Shown here in pieces: positions 11,249 to 21,669 of a DNA stretch of 64,000 nt. Below the pieces are notes generated by a model. It saw only the letters and a list, made by a program, of their open reading frames with translations. It had not been told where the DNA came from and made no database searches. The DNA is from an uncultured Gemmataceae bacterium. Its GTDB lineage: Bacteria; Planctomycetota; Planctomycetia; Gemmatales; Gemmataceae. The stretch covers positions 1,120,001 through 1,184,000 of the forward strand of contig CAVVPN010000004.1 of assembly GCA_963750165.1 (NCBI GenBank). The letters run 5' to 3'. Within the stretch, counting starts at the first letter, position 1; the number at the start of each line of letters is the position of its first letter. Position numbers and translations under genes: made by a program.

Positions 11249-11276
11249 TTGACATTCACAACTGGTAGTTTAACAT
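11249..11276 (+). promoter_or_regulatory. Putative sigma70 promoter
   Basis: TTGACA, 16 bp spacer, TAACAT in an AT-rich gap. Confidence 0.5.
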
Positions 11277-11308
11277 CTACCCCAATTACGGCCTCTTCTC
11301 TGTTCCGG

Positions 11309-11356
11309 CCCCGCTGTTCGACCTGCTTGCAGGAAGTTCAGCGGGGTTTTTTCTTT
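11309..11356 (+). terminator. Intrinsic terminator-like hairpin
   Basis: CCCCGCTG...CAGCGGGG followed by TTTTTTCTTT. Confidence 0.65.
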
Positions 11357-11461
11357 ACCCACGTTTTCCTGCGTCGCCGACTTCGGCAAACGAAGTCGTT
11401 CCGGCGGCGTTTTAGAGGATGTGTGCCGATTCCGGCGACCCAGGTTCGGGAGGTCCCATCC

Positions 11462-12175
11462 ATGCGACGATCCATTCAGTTGTCGGCAACGTTCGTGGTC
11501 CTGACCGCCTTGTTCATCGGGGACGGCCTGGTGGTCCGGGCCACCGCCCAGGGCAAGAAGGACGCCGGCCGACCGACGCCAGCGGACGTGCTGGATACGC
11601 TGCAGATCGACATGAAGGAGTTCCAGCAGCCGATGACGCTCAGGGAGGCGCTTGGCCTGGTGAACGAAAAAATTGCCGGCCAGGTGCCGGATTTTCCCAC
11701 CCTGGTGGACGTGAAGGCATTCGAGAACGGCGCCGGGGTGTACGACACACAAATCAAGTTCCCGGTGTTCAACAGGCTGGCGCTGGGCCAGGTGCTGGAC
11801 CTGCTGGTGAACCAGCTTCCCGGACATGATGCCACCTACCGGGTGCGCAAGCACTGGATCGAAATCACCACGGTGGACCAGCTCGTGCCCAACAACCAGA
11901 AGGTGCGGGCCAAGTTCGTCAACGTGCCCCTGGCGGACGCACTGCGGGAGTTGTCCGAGCAAACGGGCATTGGCATCGTGCTGGACGCCCGCGCCGCCAA
12001 CAAGGGTAAGGAGCCGATGACGGCAACGTTTCCGCCGAACACGAACCTGGTGACCGCGGCCGCGCTGCTGGCGGACATGGCGGGGTTGAAATTGCGCGTC
12101 GTGGACCGCATCCTGTATGTGACAACGCCCACCAATCAGGCGGACATTGTGACGGGTGATCCGGCGGGCATGTGA
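11462..12175 (+). CDS. Secreted protein with STN/secretin-N-like domains
   Basis: Signal peptide; FVNVPLADALRELSEQTGIGIVLD; paralog of the next gene. Confidence 0.65.
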   Translation: MRRSIQLSATFVVLTALFIGDGLVVRATAQGKKDAGRPTPADVLDTLQIDMKEFQQPMTLREALGLVNEKIAGQVPDFPTLVDVKAFENGAGVYDTQIKFPVFNRLALGQVLDLLVNQLPGHDATYRVRKHWIEITTVDQLVPNNQKVRAKFVNVPLADALRELSEQTGIGIVLDARAANKGKEPMTATFPPNTNLVTAAALLADMAGLKLRVVDRILYVTTPTNQADIVTGDPAGM

Positions 12176-12202
12176 TTCGGCACGTTCACGAAAGGGAATC
12201 TC

Positions 12203-12946
12203 ATGAAGCGATCCGTTGTGTTGCCGGGCCTGGTGGCGCTCCTGCTGGGCGGCGTGCTGGCGGGTGAGCGGGCAACCGCCCAGGCCAGGGACGGTGACCG
12301 CGAGAAGGCCAAGCCCACCATCGCGGACATCCTGGAAGAACAAATTGAGATGAAGGACTTCCAGCTGCCGATGACGCTGAAGGAGGCGCTGGGGCTGTTC
12401 TACGAGAAGATGGCGACCAGGGGGCTGGAACTGCCCATCCTCGTGGACACCGAGGCGTTCAAGGACGGCAACGCCGACGCCCCCGACATTTACGACACCC
12501 AGGTGAAATTCCCGCCCTTCCCCCGGCGCATGTCCCTGGCCACCGCGCTGCGGATGGCTGTGTCCAGGATCCCGACCGGCAACGCGACCTACCTGATCCG
12601 CGGCGAGCACGTGGAAATCACGACCGAGGCGTTTGCGGCGCCAAAGCGGCAAACGGTCCAGGCCCGGTTCGTCAACCGTCCGCTGGAAGAGGCCCTGCGC
12701 GAGCTGAGCCGGCAATCGGGCATCGCCATCGTGCTGGACCCGCGCACGCAGGAGTCGCGCAAGACGGTCACGGCCACGCTGCCGACGGGGACCAATCTGG
12801 TGGCGGCGACCGCACTGCTGGCCGATATGTCCGGTCTGACGGTGCGGCAGGTGGATCGCATTCTCTACGTCACGGCGCGGAACAACAACGCGCCGCTGCC
12901 GCTGGAGACGAAGGTGAAAAAGCGGAAGAAGAAGCAGACCCCGTAA
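12203..12946 (+). CDS. Secreted STN/secretin-N-like paralog
   Basis: Shares MKDFQ.PMTL.EALGL, YDTQ.KFP, NLV.A.ALLADM.GL and VDRILYVT with the previous gene. Confidence 0.7.
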   Translation: MKRSVVLPGLVALLLGGVLAGERATAQARDGDREKAKPTIADILEEQIEMKDFQLPMTLKEALGLFYEKMATRGLELPILVDTEAFKDGNADAPDIYDTQVKFPPFPRRMSLATALRMAVSRIPTGNATYLIRGEHVEITTEAFAAPKRQTVQARFVNRPLEEALRELSRQSGIAIVLDPRTQESRKTVTATLPTGTNLVAATALLADMSGLTVRQVDRILYVTARNNNAPLPLETKVKKRKKKQTP

Positions 12947-13116
12947 CCCAGGGCGCCGCATCTCGACGTGTGAAAAAGTTGGCGTTCTTGGCGTCCTTGG
13001 CGTTCTTGCTGTGGCAACCCGCGCCGCCGGGCGTCCAGCAATGCCGCGATTGGCGAACCGCCGGCGGGCATGGTAGAATAAAGAAGATTAATACCCACAT
13101 CCCCACGAGGCCCGGC

Positions 13117-14087
13117 ATGATCGCGAACCCCAGTCTCCCGACGCGGCGGCGGCCCACGATGCTGGCGGCGGCCCTCGACGACGGCCAGCTGCTGCAGCGC
13201 TATGTCGAGCATCAGGACGAGACGGCGTTCGCAGCGCTGGTGGCCCGGCACGGGTCGTTGGTGCTCGGCGTCTGCCGCCGGGTGCTGCGGCACCAGCAGG
13301 ACACCGAGGACGCCTTCCAGGCCGCCTTCGTGGTGCTGGCACGCAAGGCTCGCTCCATCAGCCGGCAAGCGTCGCTGGCCGCCTGGCTGTACAAGGTGGC
13401 GTACCGCATCGCCCTGCGCACCGCGCGGACAACGCCCGCCGCCGGCTGCCGGAGCAATACGTTCCGCCGGAGCACGCGCCGTCGCCGCTGGGCGAGGTCG
13501 TGCAGGCCGAGCTGCGCCGCGTCCTCGACGAGGAAGTGCAGCGGCTGCCGGAGAAGTACCGCACTCCGATCCTGCTCTGCTACCTGGAGGGCCAGACCAA
13601 CGAGCAGGCCGCGGCCCAGTTGCACTGCCCGACCGGCACGGTCAAGATTCGCCTGTCGCGCGCCCGCGAACTGCTGCGCAAGCGACTGACGCGCCGCGGC
13701 GTCGGCCTGACGGCGCTGGCGCTGACCGCGGCCCTCGTCCAGGGCGCCCGTGCCGCCGTGGTGCCGGCGAGCCTGGCCAACGCGGCGCTGCAAGGCGTAT
13801 CTGGGAGCGCGCTGCCGCTGGAGGTGACGCACCTGGTCCGTGCGGCGTTCAAGGCGATGTGCTGGACGAAATTGAAGATCGCGGCAGCGGTGCTGCTGAC
13901 GGTGCTGATCGGTTCGCTGGCCGACGGAATGTCGCAGCACGGCCGGGCGGCCGCGGCACAGCCAGTGCGGGTCAAGGAAGCGCAACCGGCCCCCGCGCCG
14001 GAACCGCCGCAGTACCAGCCGGCACCGACGCAGCCGGCGGAGCGGATGCTGCTGTGCAGGGTTTGCCGTCGGGCCGGTGGGGCCTGA
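13117..14087 (+). CDS. ECF sigma factor with C-terminal extension (frameshift near 13440)
   Basis: DGQLLQRY...[19 protein letters not shown]...EDAFQA (region 2) and [16 protein letters not shown]...[11 protein letters not shown] (region 4). Confidence 0.88.
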
Positions 14088-14528
14088 AATCGTGAGCAGC
14101 GATTGTCCTGGTTGCGCCGAAGATGCGTTGGATCGCGAACCTGGGTCAGGATGGCTCCAGGAAATAGGCGAGGCTGGCCGTGGGAAGCGGAAAATCTGAG
14201 GACATTTCCCCAGAAACCGTTGTCCACCGCATCGGCGGGGGCAGTCTGGAGAACTTGCGCTTGTCGCCTTTGGACAGGCAGCCAGAGCGATTTGCGTTTG
14301 GGTGTAGCGGAAGTCGCCAGACTTCCGAAGCCGCTACGGAAGGCTGGCGACTTCCGCTACGAGCAAGCCGCTACACTCGACCGCAAAGTGCTCTAATGCC
14401 GCCAGGAATATCTGTCCTGCTTGGCGGTTCGCTCCAGGAAGCCGCTCGCCAGATGCGCCAGGCGTTCTCGAAATCCAAAAGATGTCAACCTGGAGACACT
14501 GGCCCGAGCCTTTCAGAATACGGAAGGA

Positions 14529-14944
14529 TGCTAACCATGCAACCCGTTCGGGGACCGCTGCTGCTGGACAAACAGCAGCGCCTGCTCGGCCGTTTGACCG
14601 TCGATCAGGTAGAAAGGGACCTACTCTCGGGCACCTTCTCCGCTGAACCGGCTTTTCAGGAGGTCGCCCTCCTGTTCCGCGCCTTCGAGGAAGCCGTGGA
14701 CTTGCAGGCGCTCCGTGTCGTCGATGAACTCGACCACACCATTGCGGCCCTGGGGTTGCACCTGTGGCACCCAACCGACAATACCGCGCGCCCGATCCAC
14801 GACGTTCAAATCTGGAGCGACGGAGGTATGACGTGCCGGTTGACGGACGCTCCCCCCACGCCGGCCAATGGGGTTACTGCGGCAACTACGGAGGGGAGCA
14901 CTACTTGCGCTGCAGTCGATACAAATCCGAACTCATTTTCATGA
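14529..14944 (+). CDS. Hypothetical protein
   Basis: Protein-like 3' part of ORF 14180..14944 (IHDVQIWSDG). Confidence 0.45.
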
Positions 14945-15911
14945 CATACAGCACGTCGTTGCGCGGATCGTAGTCGAACCACGTCAAATTGTTGATGCCC
15001 TTGAGCGCCTTCGGCACCGCGAGCGCGGCGCCCCAGGTGGCGCCGCCGTCCTTGCTCTCGACGATGCCCTTACCGGTCAGCACGAACAGGTGTTTCGCTT
15101 CCTTGCCGAAGACCGGCCCGAACCGGCCGTCCTTGAGCGCGCCGAGCTTCTGCCAGCTGGCGCCCCGGTCGGTGCTGGCGATCAGCGCCCCCTCCACGAC
15201 CCAGTACAGTTTGCCGTCGCGCCAGCGCGGCAGCGCTCGCGCAAAATAGTCGCCGCAGGGCTGGAACGTCTTGCAGCCGTCGGTGGTGCGCAGCAGGCCC
15301 GGCTTCGGCTGCGCCTTGGTTTTCGCGGCGGCGACGACGGCGGTCTGGCGGTCGAACACCCAGGCGGGGCCGTAGCCCTTGCCGACCTCACGGAAGTTTT
15401 TGCCGCCGTCGTCGGAGGCGATGAGCAGGTCGCCGGACTCGTGCTTGAGCGCGAGCACCAACGAACGGTCCGGGGCGGTCCAGTCGATGGCCGCCCAATC
15501 GACGTGGCTCGACTTCGGGCTCATCGGCTTCCAGGTGGCGCCGCTGTCGCTGCTGAGCGAGATCGGGGCGCCGTAGACGAGCGCGACCAGCATGGTCTTG
15601 CTCTTGCCGGTGGGGTCGAGTTGCAGGCAGCCGGGCCATTCGGTGCGGCCCTTGAGCGGCTGTGTGCTCGTGCGCTCGAACGATTTGCCCTGGTCCGTCG
15701 AGCGGTAAATGCCCTTGTCGCTGAGGTCGAGATAGAGCGTGCCGGTGGCGTGATCGACGACGATACCGCACAGGCCGCCATAGCCCGGCTTCTCGGCCTT
15801 GAGCAGTTCCGCGGCCAGCGGCTGCCAGTTGGGCTCGGCGGGCTGCGTGGCCAGCCCCCCGCCGACGCACATCAGGGGCAGCAGGGCAAGGAGGACGCGG
15901 GATCGGGGCAT
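14901..15911 (-). CDS. Secreted BNR/Asp-box repeat protein
   Basis: Signal peptide; repeated S.D.G.(S/T)(W/F) Asp-boxes. Confidence 0.85.
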   Translation of the reverse strand: MPRSRVLLALLPLMCVGGGLATQPAEPNWQPLAAELLKAEKPGYGGLCGIVVDHATGTLYLDLSDKGIYRSTDQGKSFERTSTQPLKGRTEWPGCLQLDPTGKSKTMLVALVYGAPISLSSDSGATWKPMSPKSSHVDWAAIDWTAPDRSLVLALKHESGDLLIASDDGGKNFREVGKGYGPAWVFDRQTAVVAAAKTKAQPKPGLLRTTDGCKTFQPCGDYFARALPRWRDGKLYWVVEGALIASTDRGASWQKLGALKDGRFGPVFGKEAKHLFVLTGKGIVESKDGGATWGAALAVPKALKGINNLTWFDYDPRNDVLYVMKMSSDLYRLQRK

Positions 15912-16048
15912 GAGTGGTTCCTTTCGTGGGAGGGTTGGGGCTCGGGACTATCCTACTCCGACAGGAACCGAGTGGCGATTGCCGCGTCGGCGCCGGGCGA
16001 CTATGACAGCGGTGGCAAGGGCGGGCGGCCGCGGATCAAATCGGACAC

Positions 16049-17176
16049 ATGAGACAATCAGACGAGCCCTGGATGCAGCGGGCGCTGGAGTTGGCGGAGC
16101 GCGGCCGCGGTTTCGTGGAGCCGAACCCACTGGTCGGCGCCGTGCTGGTGCGCGCCGGCAGCGTCGTCGGCGAAGGCTGGCACCAGCGCTTCGGCCAGGC
16201 CCACGCCGAGGTCAACGCTCTCGCGGAAGCTGGCGACGCCGCCCGCGGTGCCACGCTCTACGTCACGCTGGAGCCGTGCTGTCACCATGGCAAGACGCCA
16301 CCCTGCACCGATGCCGTGCTCCGCGCCGGCGTTGCTCGCGTCGTGGCCGCCATGCTGGACCCGTTCCCGCAGGTCGCCGGCCAGGGCGCCGCCCAGCTCC
16401 GCGCCGCTGGCGTGCCGGTCGAGTTCGGCATCTGTGAGGCGGACGCCCGTCGTCTCAACGCACCCTATCTCAAACTGGTGGTCGCCGGCTTACCGTATGT
16501 GCATCTCAAATGGGCGATGACGCTCGACGGCAAGATCGCCACGCGCACCGGCGATTCGCAGTGGATCAGCAACGCGGCGTCACGGCGGCGCGTCCACGAG
16601 CTGCGCGGCCGGATGGATGCCATCGTCGTCGGCATCGGCACCGCTTTGGCCGACGATCCGCAGTTGACCGCCCGCCCGCCTGGGCCGCGGCAGGCGCTGC
16701 GTGTCGTGCTGGACGGCAGTGCCCGGCTGCCGCTCACGTCGCGCCTGGCGACGACCGCGCGCGACACGCCGGTGCTGGTGGCGGCGCGTGCCGGCGCAGA
16801 CGTGGCCCGGGTCGCGGCGCTACGTGGGCTGGGCTGTCAGGTGCTGGAGCTGTCCGGTGATCGGACGTTGGCCCTGGCGGCGCTGATGCAGACGCTGGGC
16901 AAGCAGCGCTTGACAAACGTGCTGGTCGAGGGCGGTTCCGAGGTGCTCGGCGGCTTCGTGGACGCGGGGTTGGTGGACGAGGTCCACGTCTTCGTGGCGC
17001 CGAAGTTGGCGGGCGGTCGGGACGCGCAGGGGCCGGTGGCCGGTGTTGGGGTGGCGAAGATCGCGGAGGCGCTGCGGGTGGCGGACTGGTCGGTGGAGCG
17101 GATCGAGGGGGACGTGTACCTGCACGGCCGGGTAGCCCCGTTTACGTTTCGCGCACTTCCAGCGCGCGAAACGTAA
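16049..17176 (+). CDS. ribD: Riboflavin biosynthesis deaminase/reductase
   Basis: PNPLVG, HAE, TLEPCCHHGKTPPC, AMTLDGKIA and VEGG motifs. Confidence 0.96.
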   Translation: MRQSDEPWMQRALELAERGRGFVEPNPLVGAVLVRAGSVVGEGWHQRFGQAHAEVNALAEAGDAARGATLYVTLEPCCHHGKTPPCTDAVLRAGVARVVAAMLDPFPQVAGQGAAQLRAAGVPVEFGICEADARRLNAPYLKLVVAGLPYVHLKWAMTLDGKIATRTGDSQWISNAASRRRVHELRGRMDAIVVGIGTALADDPQLTARPPGPRQALRVVLDGSARLPLTSRLATTARDTPVLVAARAGADVARVAALRGLGCQVLELSGDRTLALAALMQTLGKQRLTNVLVEGGSEVLGGFVDAGLVDEVHVFVAPKLAGGRDAQGPVAGVGVAKIAEALRVADWSVERIEGDVYLHGRVAPFTFRALPARET

Positions 17177-17183
17177 ACGGGGC
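17134..17183. repeat. Long palindrome between convergent genes (REP/terminator-like)
   Basis: GCCCCGTTTACGTTTCGCGC...GCGCGAAACGTAAACGGGGC. Confidence 0.7.
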
Positions 17184-17203
17184 CAGCGCGGTTCGCGCCG
17201 CGC

Positions 17204-17797
17204 TCACTTCGCGGTGAGCTTCTTGACCAGTTCGATGACGCGCTTGGCGTCGCCGCCGGCGGCCTTCACCTGGTCGATGGCGGCGATGTTGCCCTGCTTG
17301 TCGATAACCACGGTGTAGCGGAGGATGGTCACGCCGCGCGGCATCGACACCTTGTCGCCCTTCTCGTTAATGGCGGGCGAGTTGCCGCCCGCCTTGGTCG
17401 GCACGCCGAACAGCTTGGCCACCGCGCCCTTCTCGTCGGCCAGCAAGGTGAACGGCAGCTTGTGGTGCGCCTTGAACATCATGTGCGTCTTGACGGAGTC
17501 GCCGCTGACGCCGACCACTTCCACGTTCTTGCCGAACTTCTCGATGTCGTCGCGGAAGCCGCAGGCCTGGGCGGTGCAGCCGCCGGTGAAGTCCGCCGGG
17601 TAGAAGTACAGCACGACGACCTTCTTGCCGATGTGGTCGCTCGACTTCCAGGGCTTGCCGTTCTCGTCCACGCTCTTGAACGCCGGCGCCTTGTCGCCGA
17701 CCTTCTTCATGTCGCCCGCCAGCAGTTCGCCCCGCACCAGCAGCGCCAGGCCGGCCAGCAGCGCCGCACCCAGCAGCACCTTCGTTCGCGTATGCAC
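17204..17797 (-). CDS. bcp: Peroxiredoxin (BCP/PrxQ type) with signal peptide
   Basis: YFYPADFTGGCTAQACGFRD. Confidence 0.9.
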   Translation of the reverse strand: MHTRTKVLLGAALLAGLALLVRGELLAGDMKKVGDKAPAFKSVDENGKPWKSSDHIGKKVVVLYFYPADFTGGCTAQACGFRDDIEKFGKNVEVVGVSGDSVKTHMMFKAHHKLPFTLLADEKGAVAKLFGVPTKAGGNSPAINEKGDKVSMPRGVTILRYTVVIDKQGNIAAIDQVKAAGGDAKRVIELVKKLTAK

Positions 17798-17850
17798 GGT
17801 CGTCTCTCCTTGGTTGAGAAGCCATCAACGAACGCCTCTGCCCAGCTAGA

Positions 17851-19086
17851 TTAGGCCGGCCCCGCCGGGCGTTCAACCCCCATAAACTCCAGCAACGTCC
17901 GCGCCGCCGTTTGCGCAAATTCCGGGTCGTTGATGTGCAAATCCAGTTCCACCAGCTTGACCTGCGGCCCCATCCAGTTGCGCAGGCTCTGGAACAGTGC
18001 CGCGTCCGCCTCGGGCCACCAGAACGGTTGGCCCTCGCGGTCGATGGCCGAGACGCCGCGCAGTGGAATCAGCACGGCCGTCGGGCCGCGGGCGGCGCTC
18101 GCCTTCTGCGCGATTTCGCGGCCGAGCCGGTCGTTCTCCTCTGGCGTGGTCCGCATCAGTGTGACGTTGGCGTTGTGCTGGTAAAAGCGCCGGCCCGCGA
18201 ACCGCTCCGGCACCGTCGGCCGCGGCCCAAAATTCACCATGTCCAGCGCCCCCAGCGAGAGCACCTGCGGCACGCCGCACCGCGCCGCCGCCGTCAGCCG
18301 ATCCGGGCCGGCGCTCAAGATGCCGCCGACCAGCTCGTCCGCCAGTTCCGTCGTGGTCAGGTCGAGGACGCCGCGGATGAGGCCGTCGCCGATAAATGAT
18401 TCCATCGTCTGGCCGCCGGTGCCGGTAGCGTGGAACACCAGCACTTCATAGCCCGCCTGCTCCACGACCGCCCGCGCCGCCTCGACGCAGGGCGTGGTGA
18501 CGCCGAACATGGTCGCGCTGATGAGCGGTTTGTCCGCGGCACCGTCCGGCGTGGGTTTTTGCCGGCCCGTGACCATGCCGGCCATCGCCCAGGCGGCGTT
18601 GCTCAGGACGGTACGGCTGACGCGGTTCAGACCGCTAATGTCCACGACGGAGTGCAACATCAGGATGTCGCGGACGCCGACGTACTGCCGCACCTGACCG
18701 CTGGCGAGCGTGCTGACCATCACCTTGGGCACGCCGAACGGCAGCGCCCGCATGGCCGCGGTGCCGATGGTGGTGCCCGCGGAGCCGCCCAGCGCCAGCA
18801 CGCCGTCCACCTGGCCGCGCCCCGCCCGGTCGCGCACCACCGCGCTGACGCCGCGGGTCGCCGCCTCAATGGCCTGGCCGCGGTCGCCGGCCTTCTGCAG
18901 CGCCGCCAGCGTGGTGCCAGCGGCGGCAAACACCTGCTCGCGTGGCACATCCACAGGGAACGCCGGGGCGCCCAGCACGCCGGCGTCGATCACCAGCGTC
19001 CGGACGCCGGCGGTGTGCAGCAGATCGCGGACAAAGGCGATCTCGGTTCCCTTGGTGTCGAGGGTGCCGATCAGCACGACGGGCAC
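17851..19086 (-). CDS. Tm-1-like ATP-binding protein (UPF0261)
   Basis: [26 protein letters not shown] and GALDMVNFG motifs. Confidence 0.92.
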   Translation of the reverse strand: MPVVLIGTLDTKGTEIAFVRDLLHTAGVRTLVIDAGVLGAPAFPVDVPREQVFAAAGTTLAALQKAGDRGQAIEAATRGVSAVVRDRAGRGQVDGVLALGGSAGTTIGTAAMRALPFGVPKVMVSTLASGQVRQYVGVRDILMLHSVVDISGLNRVSRTVLSNAAWAMAGMVTGRQKPTPDGAADKPLISATMFGVTTPCVEAARAVVEQAGYEVLVFHATGTGGQTMESFIGDGLIRGVLDLTTTELADELVGGILSAGPDRLTAAARCGVPQVLSLGALDMVNFGPRPTVPERFAGRRFYQHNANVTLMRTTPEENDRLGREIAQKASAARGPTAVLIPLRGVSAIDREGQPFWWPEADAALFQSLRNWMGPQVKLVELDLHINDPEFAQTAARTLLEFMGVERPAGPA

Positions 19087-19193
19087 AGCGCGGCTCCTTT
19101 CGCTTTTTCTGCCGCAAGCGGCAGACAGAAGATGGATTCATACAATCCCCGCATAGGTTACCCCGCCCCGACACCCCAAACAACCGACAACCC

Positions 19194-20024
19194 ATGAGCT
19201 TTTTCACGCGCGAGCAGTGTCTGGGGCGACTGCGGCAACAGGTGGCGGCTGGCCAGCCGATCATCGGCGGCGGCGCCGGCACCGGCATCAGCGCGAAATG
19301 CGCCGAGGCCGGCGGCATCGACCTCATCATCATCTACAACTCAGGCCGCTTCCGTATGGCCGGCCGCGGCAGCCTCAGCGGCATGATGCCCTACGGCGAC
19401 GCCAACGGCATCGTGCTGGACATGGCTCGCGAGGTGCTGCCGGTGGTGCGGCGCACGCCGGTACTGGCGGGCGTCTGCGGCACCGACCCGTTTCGCATCA
19501 TGAAGCTGTTCCTGCGCGACATCCAGGCGCACGGCTTCAGCGGCGTGCAGAATTTTCCGACGGTCGGCCTGATCGACGGCACCTTTCGCCAGGGGCTGGA
19601 GGAGACGGAGATGGGCTACGGCCTGGAAGTGGACATGATCCGCCAGGCCGGTGAGCTGGGGTTGTTGACGTGTCCCTACGTCTTCAGCGAGGACGAGGCG
19701 AAGGCGATGGCCACGGCGGGCGCGGACGTGCTGATCCCGCACATGGGCCTGACCACCAAGGGCAGCATCGGCGCGAAGTCGGCGTTGACGCTGGCGGAGG
19801 CGGCGCGGCGCGTGCAGGCGCTGCACGACGCCGCCAAAAAGGTGAAGCCGGACATCCTGGTGCTCTGCCACGGCGGCCCCATCTCGGAGCCGGAGGACGC
19901 GCACTACATCCTCACACACACGGAGGGGATCGTGGGCTTCTTCGGAGCGTCGAGCATCGAACGGTTGCCGACCGAGATCGCCATCACGGAGTGCGTGCGC
20001 CGCTTCAAGCAGTTGAAAAAATAA
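19194..20024 (+). CDS. Phosphoenolpyruvate hydrolase-like TIM-barrel protein
   Basis: [35 protein letters not shown] and GASSIERLP motifs. Confidence 0.92.
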   Translation: MSFFTREQCLGRLRQQVAAGQPIIGGGAGTGISAKCAEAGGIDLIIIYNSGRFRMAGRGSLSGMMPYGDANGIVLDMAREVLPVVRRTPVLAGVCGTDPFRIMKLFLRDIQAHGFSGVQNFPTVGLIDGTFRQGLEETEMGYGLEVDMIRQAGELGLLTCPYVFSEDEAKAMATAGADVLIPHMGLTTKGSIGAKSALTLAEAARRVQALHDAAKKVKPDILVLCHGGPISEPEDAHYILTHTEGIVGFFGASSIERLPTEIAITECVRRFKQLKK

Positions 20025-20059
20025 GAGGAATTCACCGCAGAGAACGAGGTGAATTCCTC

Positions 20060-21308
20060 TTAATACCGGAAGATCACATCGAGCGTGATGCGGAAATTTT
20101 CGAGGTAATGCGGCCCCCAGAGCGGGAACTCAATGGCACCACCCGCCTGGATGCACTCCGTGAACTTGTAGCGGGCGCCGAGGGCCAGGTCGGCGTTGTT
20201 GTGGCCCGCGACGCCGCCGTAGCCGAAGTCGAACAGACCGCCGCCCTCGTAGCCCAGCGGCGCCCGGTCGCCGTTCTGCGTGTAATAGAACCAGTTCAAC
20301 TCGATCAACGGATACAGCTTGCCCCAGCCCATCACGTCATAGTCCAGGTGAAAGCTGGAGTACAGATAGTCCGTCGGCTGGTGGTCCGTCCCGAAGGAGT
20401 AACCAGTCGTGTTCAGGAAGTTAAAGCAGCCGACGAACGTCTTGAAATTCTGACCGAAACTCATGTACGGTCTCAGCGACAGATCGCTGTTGGAATTCGA
20501 CATCGGCGTGAAATTGTTCTGGGTGTTGATGTCAAAACTCAGACCGCCCGCCAGCAGCGTGCCCGTGGCCTCGCTGCGGATGAACGTGTATTTCGGCCCC
20601 AGCCGCAGTTCGCTGAAACCGTTGCGGCTTGTGACCGTCCCGTTTGAGTTATGCACGTTGAAGTCGTACCAGCCCAGCTCGCTCATGACGAGGGACAGCC
20701 GATCCGTCAGAGCCACGCGGCCCTGTAACCCCGCGAACCAGATGTCGCTGCCCGAGAAGTACGGGCTGATCGCCGGCGTGCGCTGGTAGATCAACAGCGG
20801 CTTGACTTCGGTCAGCGCGCGGGTCTTCAAACAGGAATGGGTTGCTCACCGGCGAGACGAACATGTCGAAGGCGTGGTCGCTCTGGAACAGCGCCCGGCC
20901 GTCGCCCGGCACGAAGAAGCCGCCGATGGCCGCTGGCACGTCCTCGAAGAAGCCCTTCTTGACAGTGCGGTTGCCCACGGCACAGTTGTAGGGTTCCTGG
21001 TTCGGCGGCGGGGACGCCGGCGGCGGTGGGGGGGGCGGTGGGGGCGGCGGCGGCGGCGGCACGACCCCGCTCCACGGTTCGGCGCTCTGGCCGCGGGCGA
21101 TGACGCGGAACGCGGGCGGCCCATTGGGGGCGGTCGGCGGCGCTTCCACGGCGTCGTCAGTCAGGGGCGTTGGGCGGCCCAGCTTGACCGCGGCGGCGAC
21201 ACTCGGCGAATTGGATGTCGCCGGTTGCCAGTGAGCCTCCTGGGCGCCGCCGCGCACCGCCGGCCAACACAGGATCACGATCACAGCGCTTATCCAGGTC
21301 GCGCGCAT
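20060..21308 (-). CDS. Exported, possibly outer-membrane protein (frameshift near 20830)
   Basis: Signal peptide, Pro-rich linker, FQSDHAFD.FVSPVSNPF..EDPR, then ORF 20060..20830 ending IFRY. Confidence 0.65.
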
Positions 21309-21572
21309 GGTGGGCCCTCCGCTGGCCGGTCAGCGCGTCCGGGTCGCGCAGGTTGCGCGCTCCTCGACGCTTGCACCTGTGGATTCGACCAACGGGGCGC
21401 CTGGGCAACAGAATGTTGGTCCGGAGGGGGCGACGGTGCCGCGGGGGAAATGAGCATTCCTTGCACAGCCGCCAGGGTTTCACCAGACTCACGACCGCGG
21501 CGCGGCAAGCAGGGGAAGATGCGATGGTTCGCGAAACGCTTCAGCACAACTAACCCGGAAGCGCCTTGATCG

Positions 21573-21643
21573 TTCTTGTTTCGAGAGTCCGAGCCCGAGC
21601 GCCAGCGCGGGGCCTGCTGTGCCCCGCGCTGGCGCTCGGACTC
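21573..21643. repeat. REP-like palindrome, same family as 8630
   Basis: GAGCCCGAGCGCCAGCGCG...CGCGCTGGCGCTCGGACTC with a shared TTCTTGTTTC flank. Confidence 0.75.
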
Positions 21644-21669
21644 GAACACGGGGTCAGCGGGAGCCGGCG

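Noticed and set aside
17851..20024. Tm-1-like plus PEP-hydrolase divergent pair as a novel system
   Set aside because: A known conserved association of these two families
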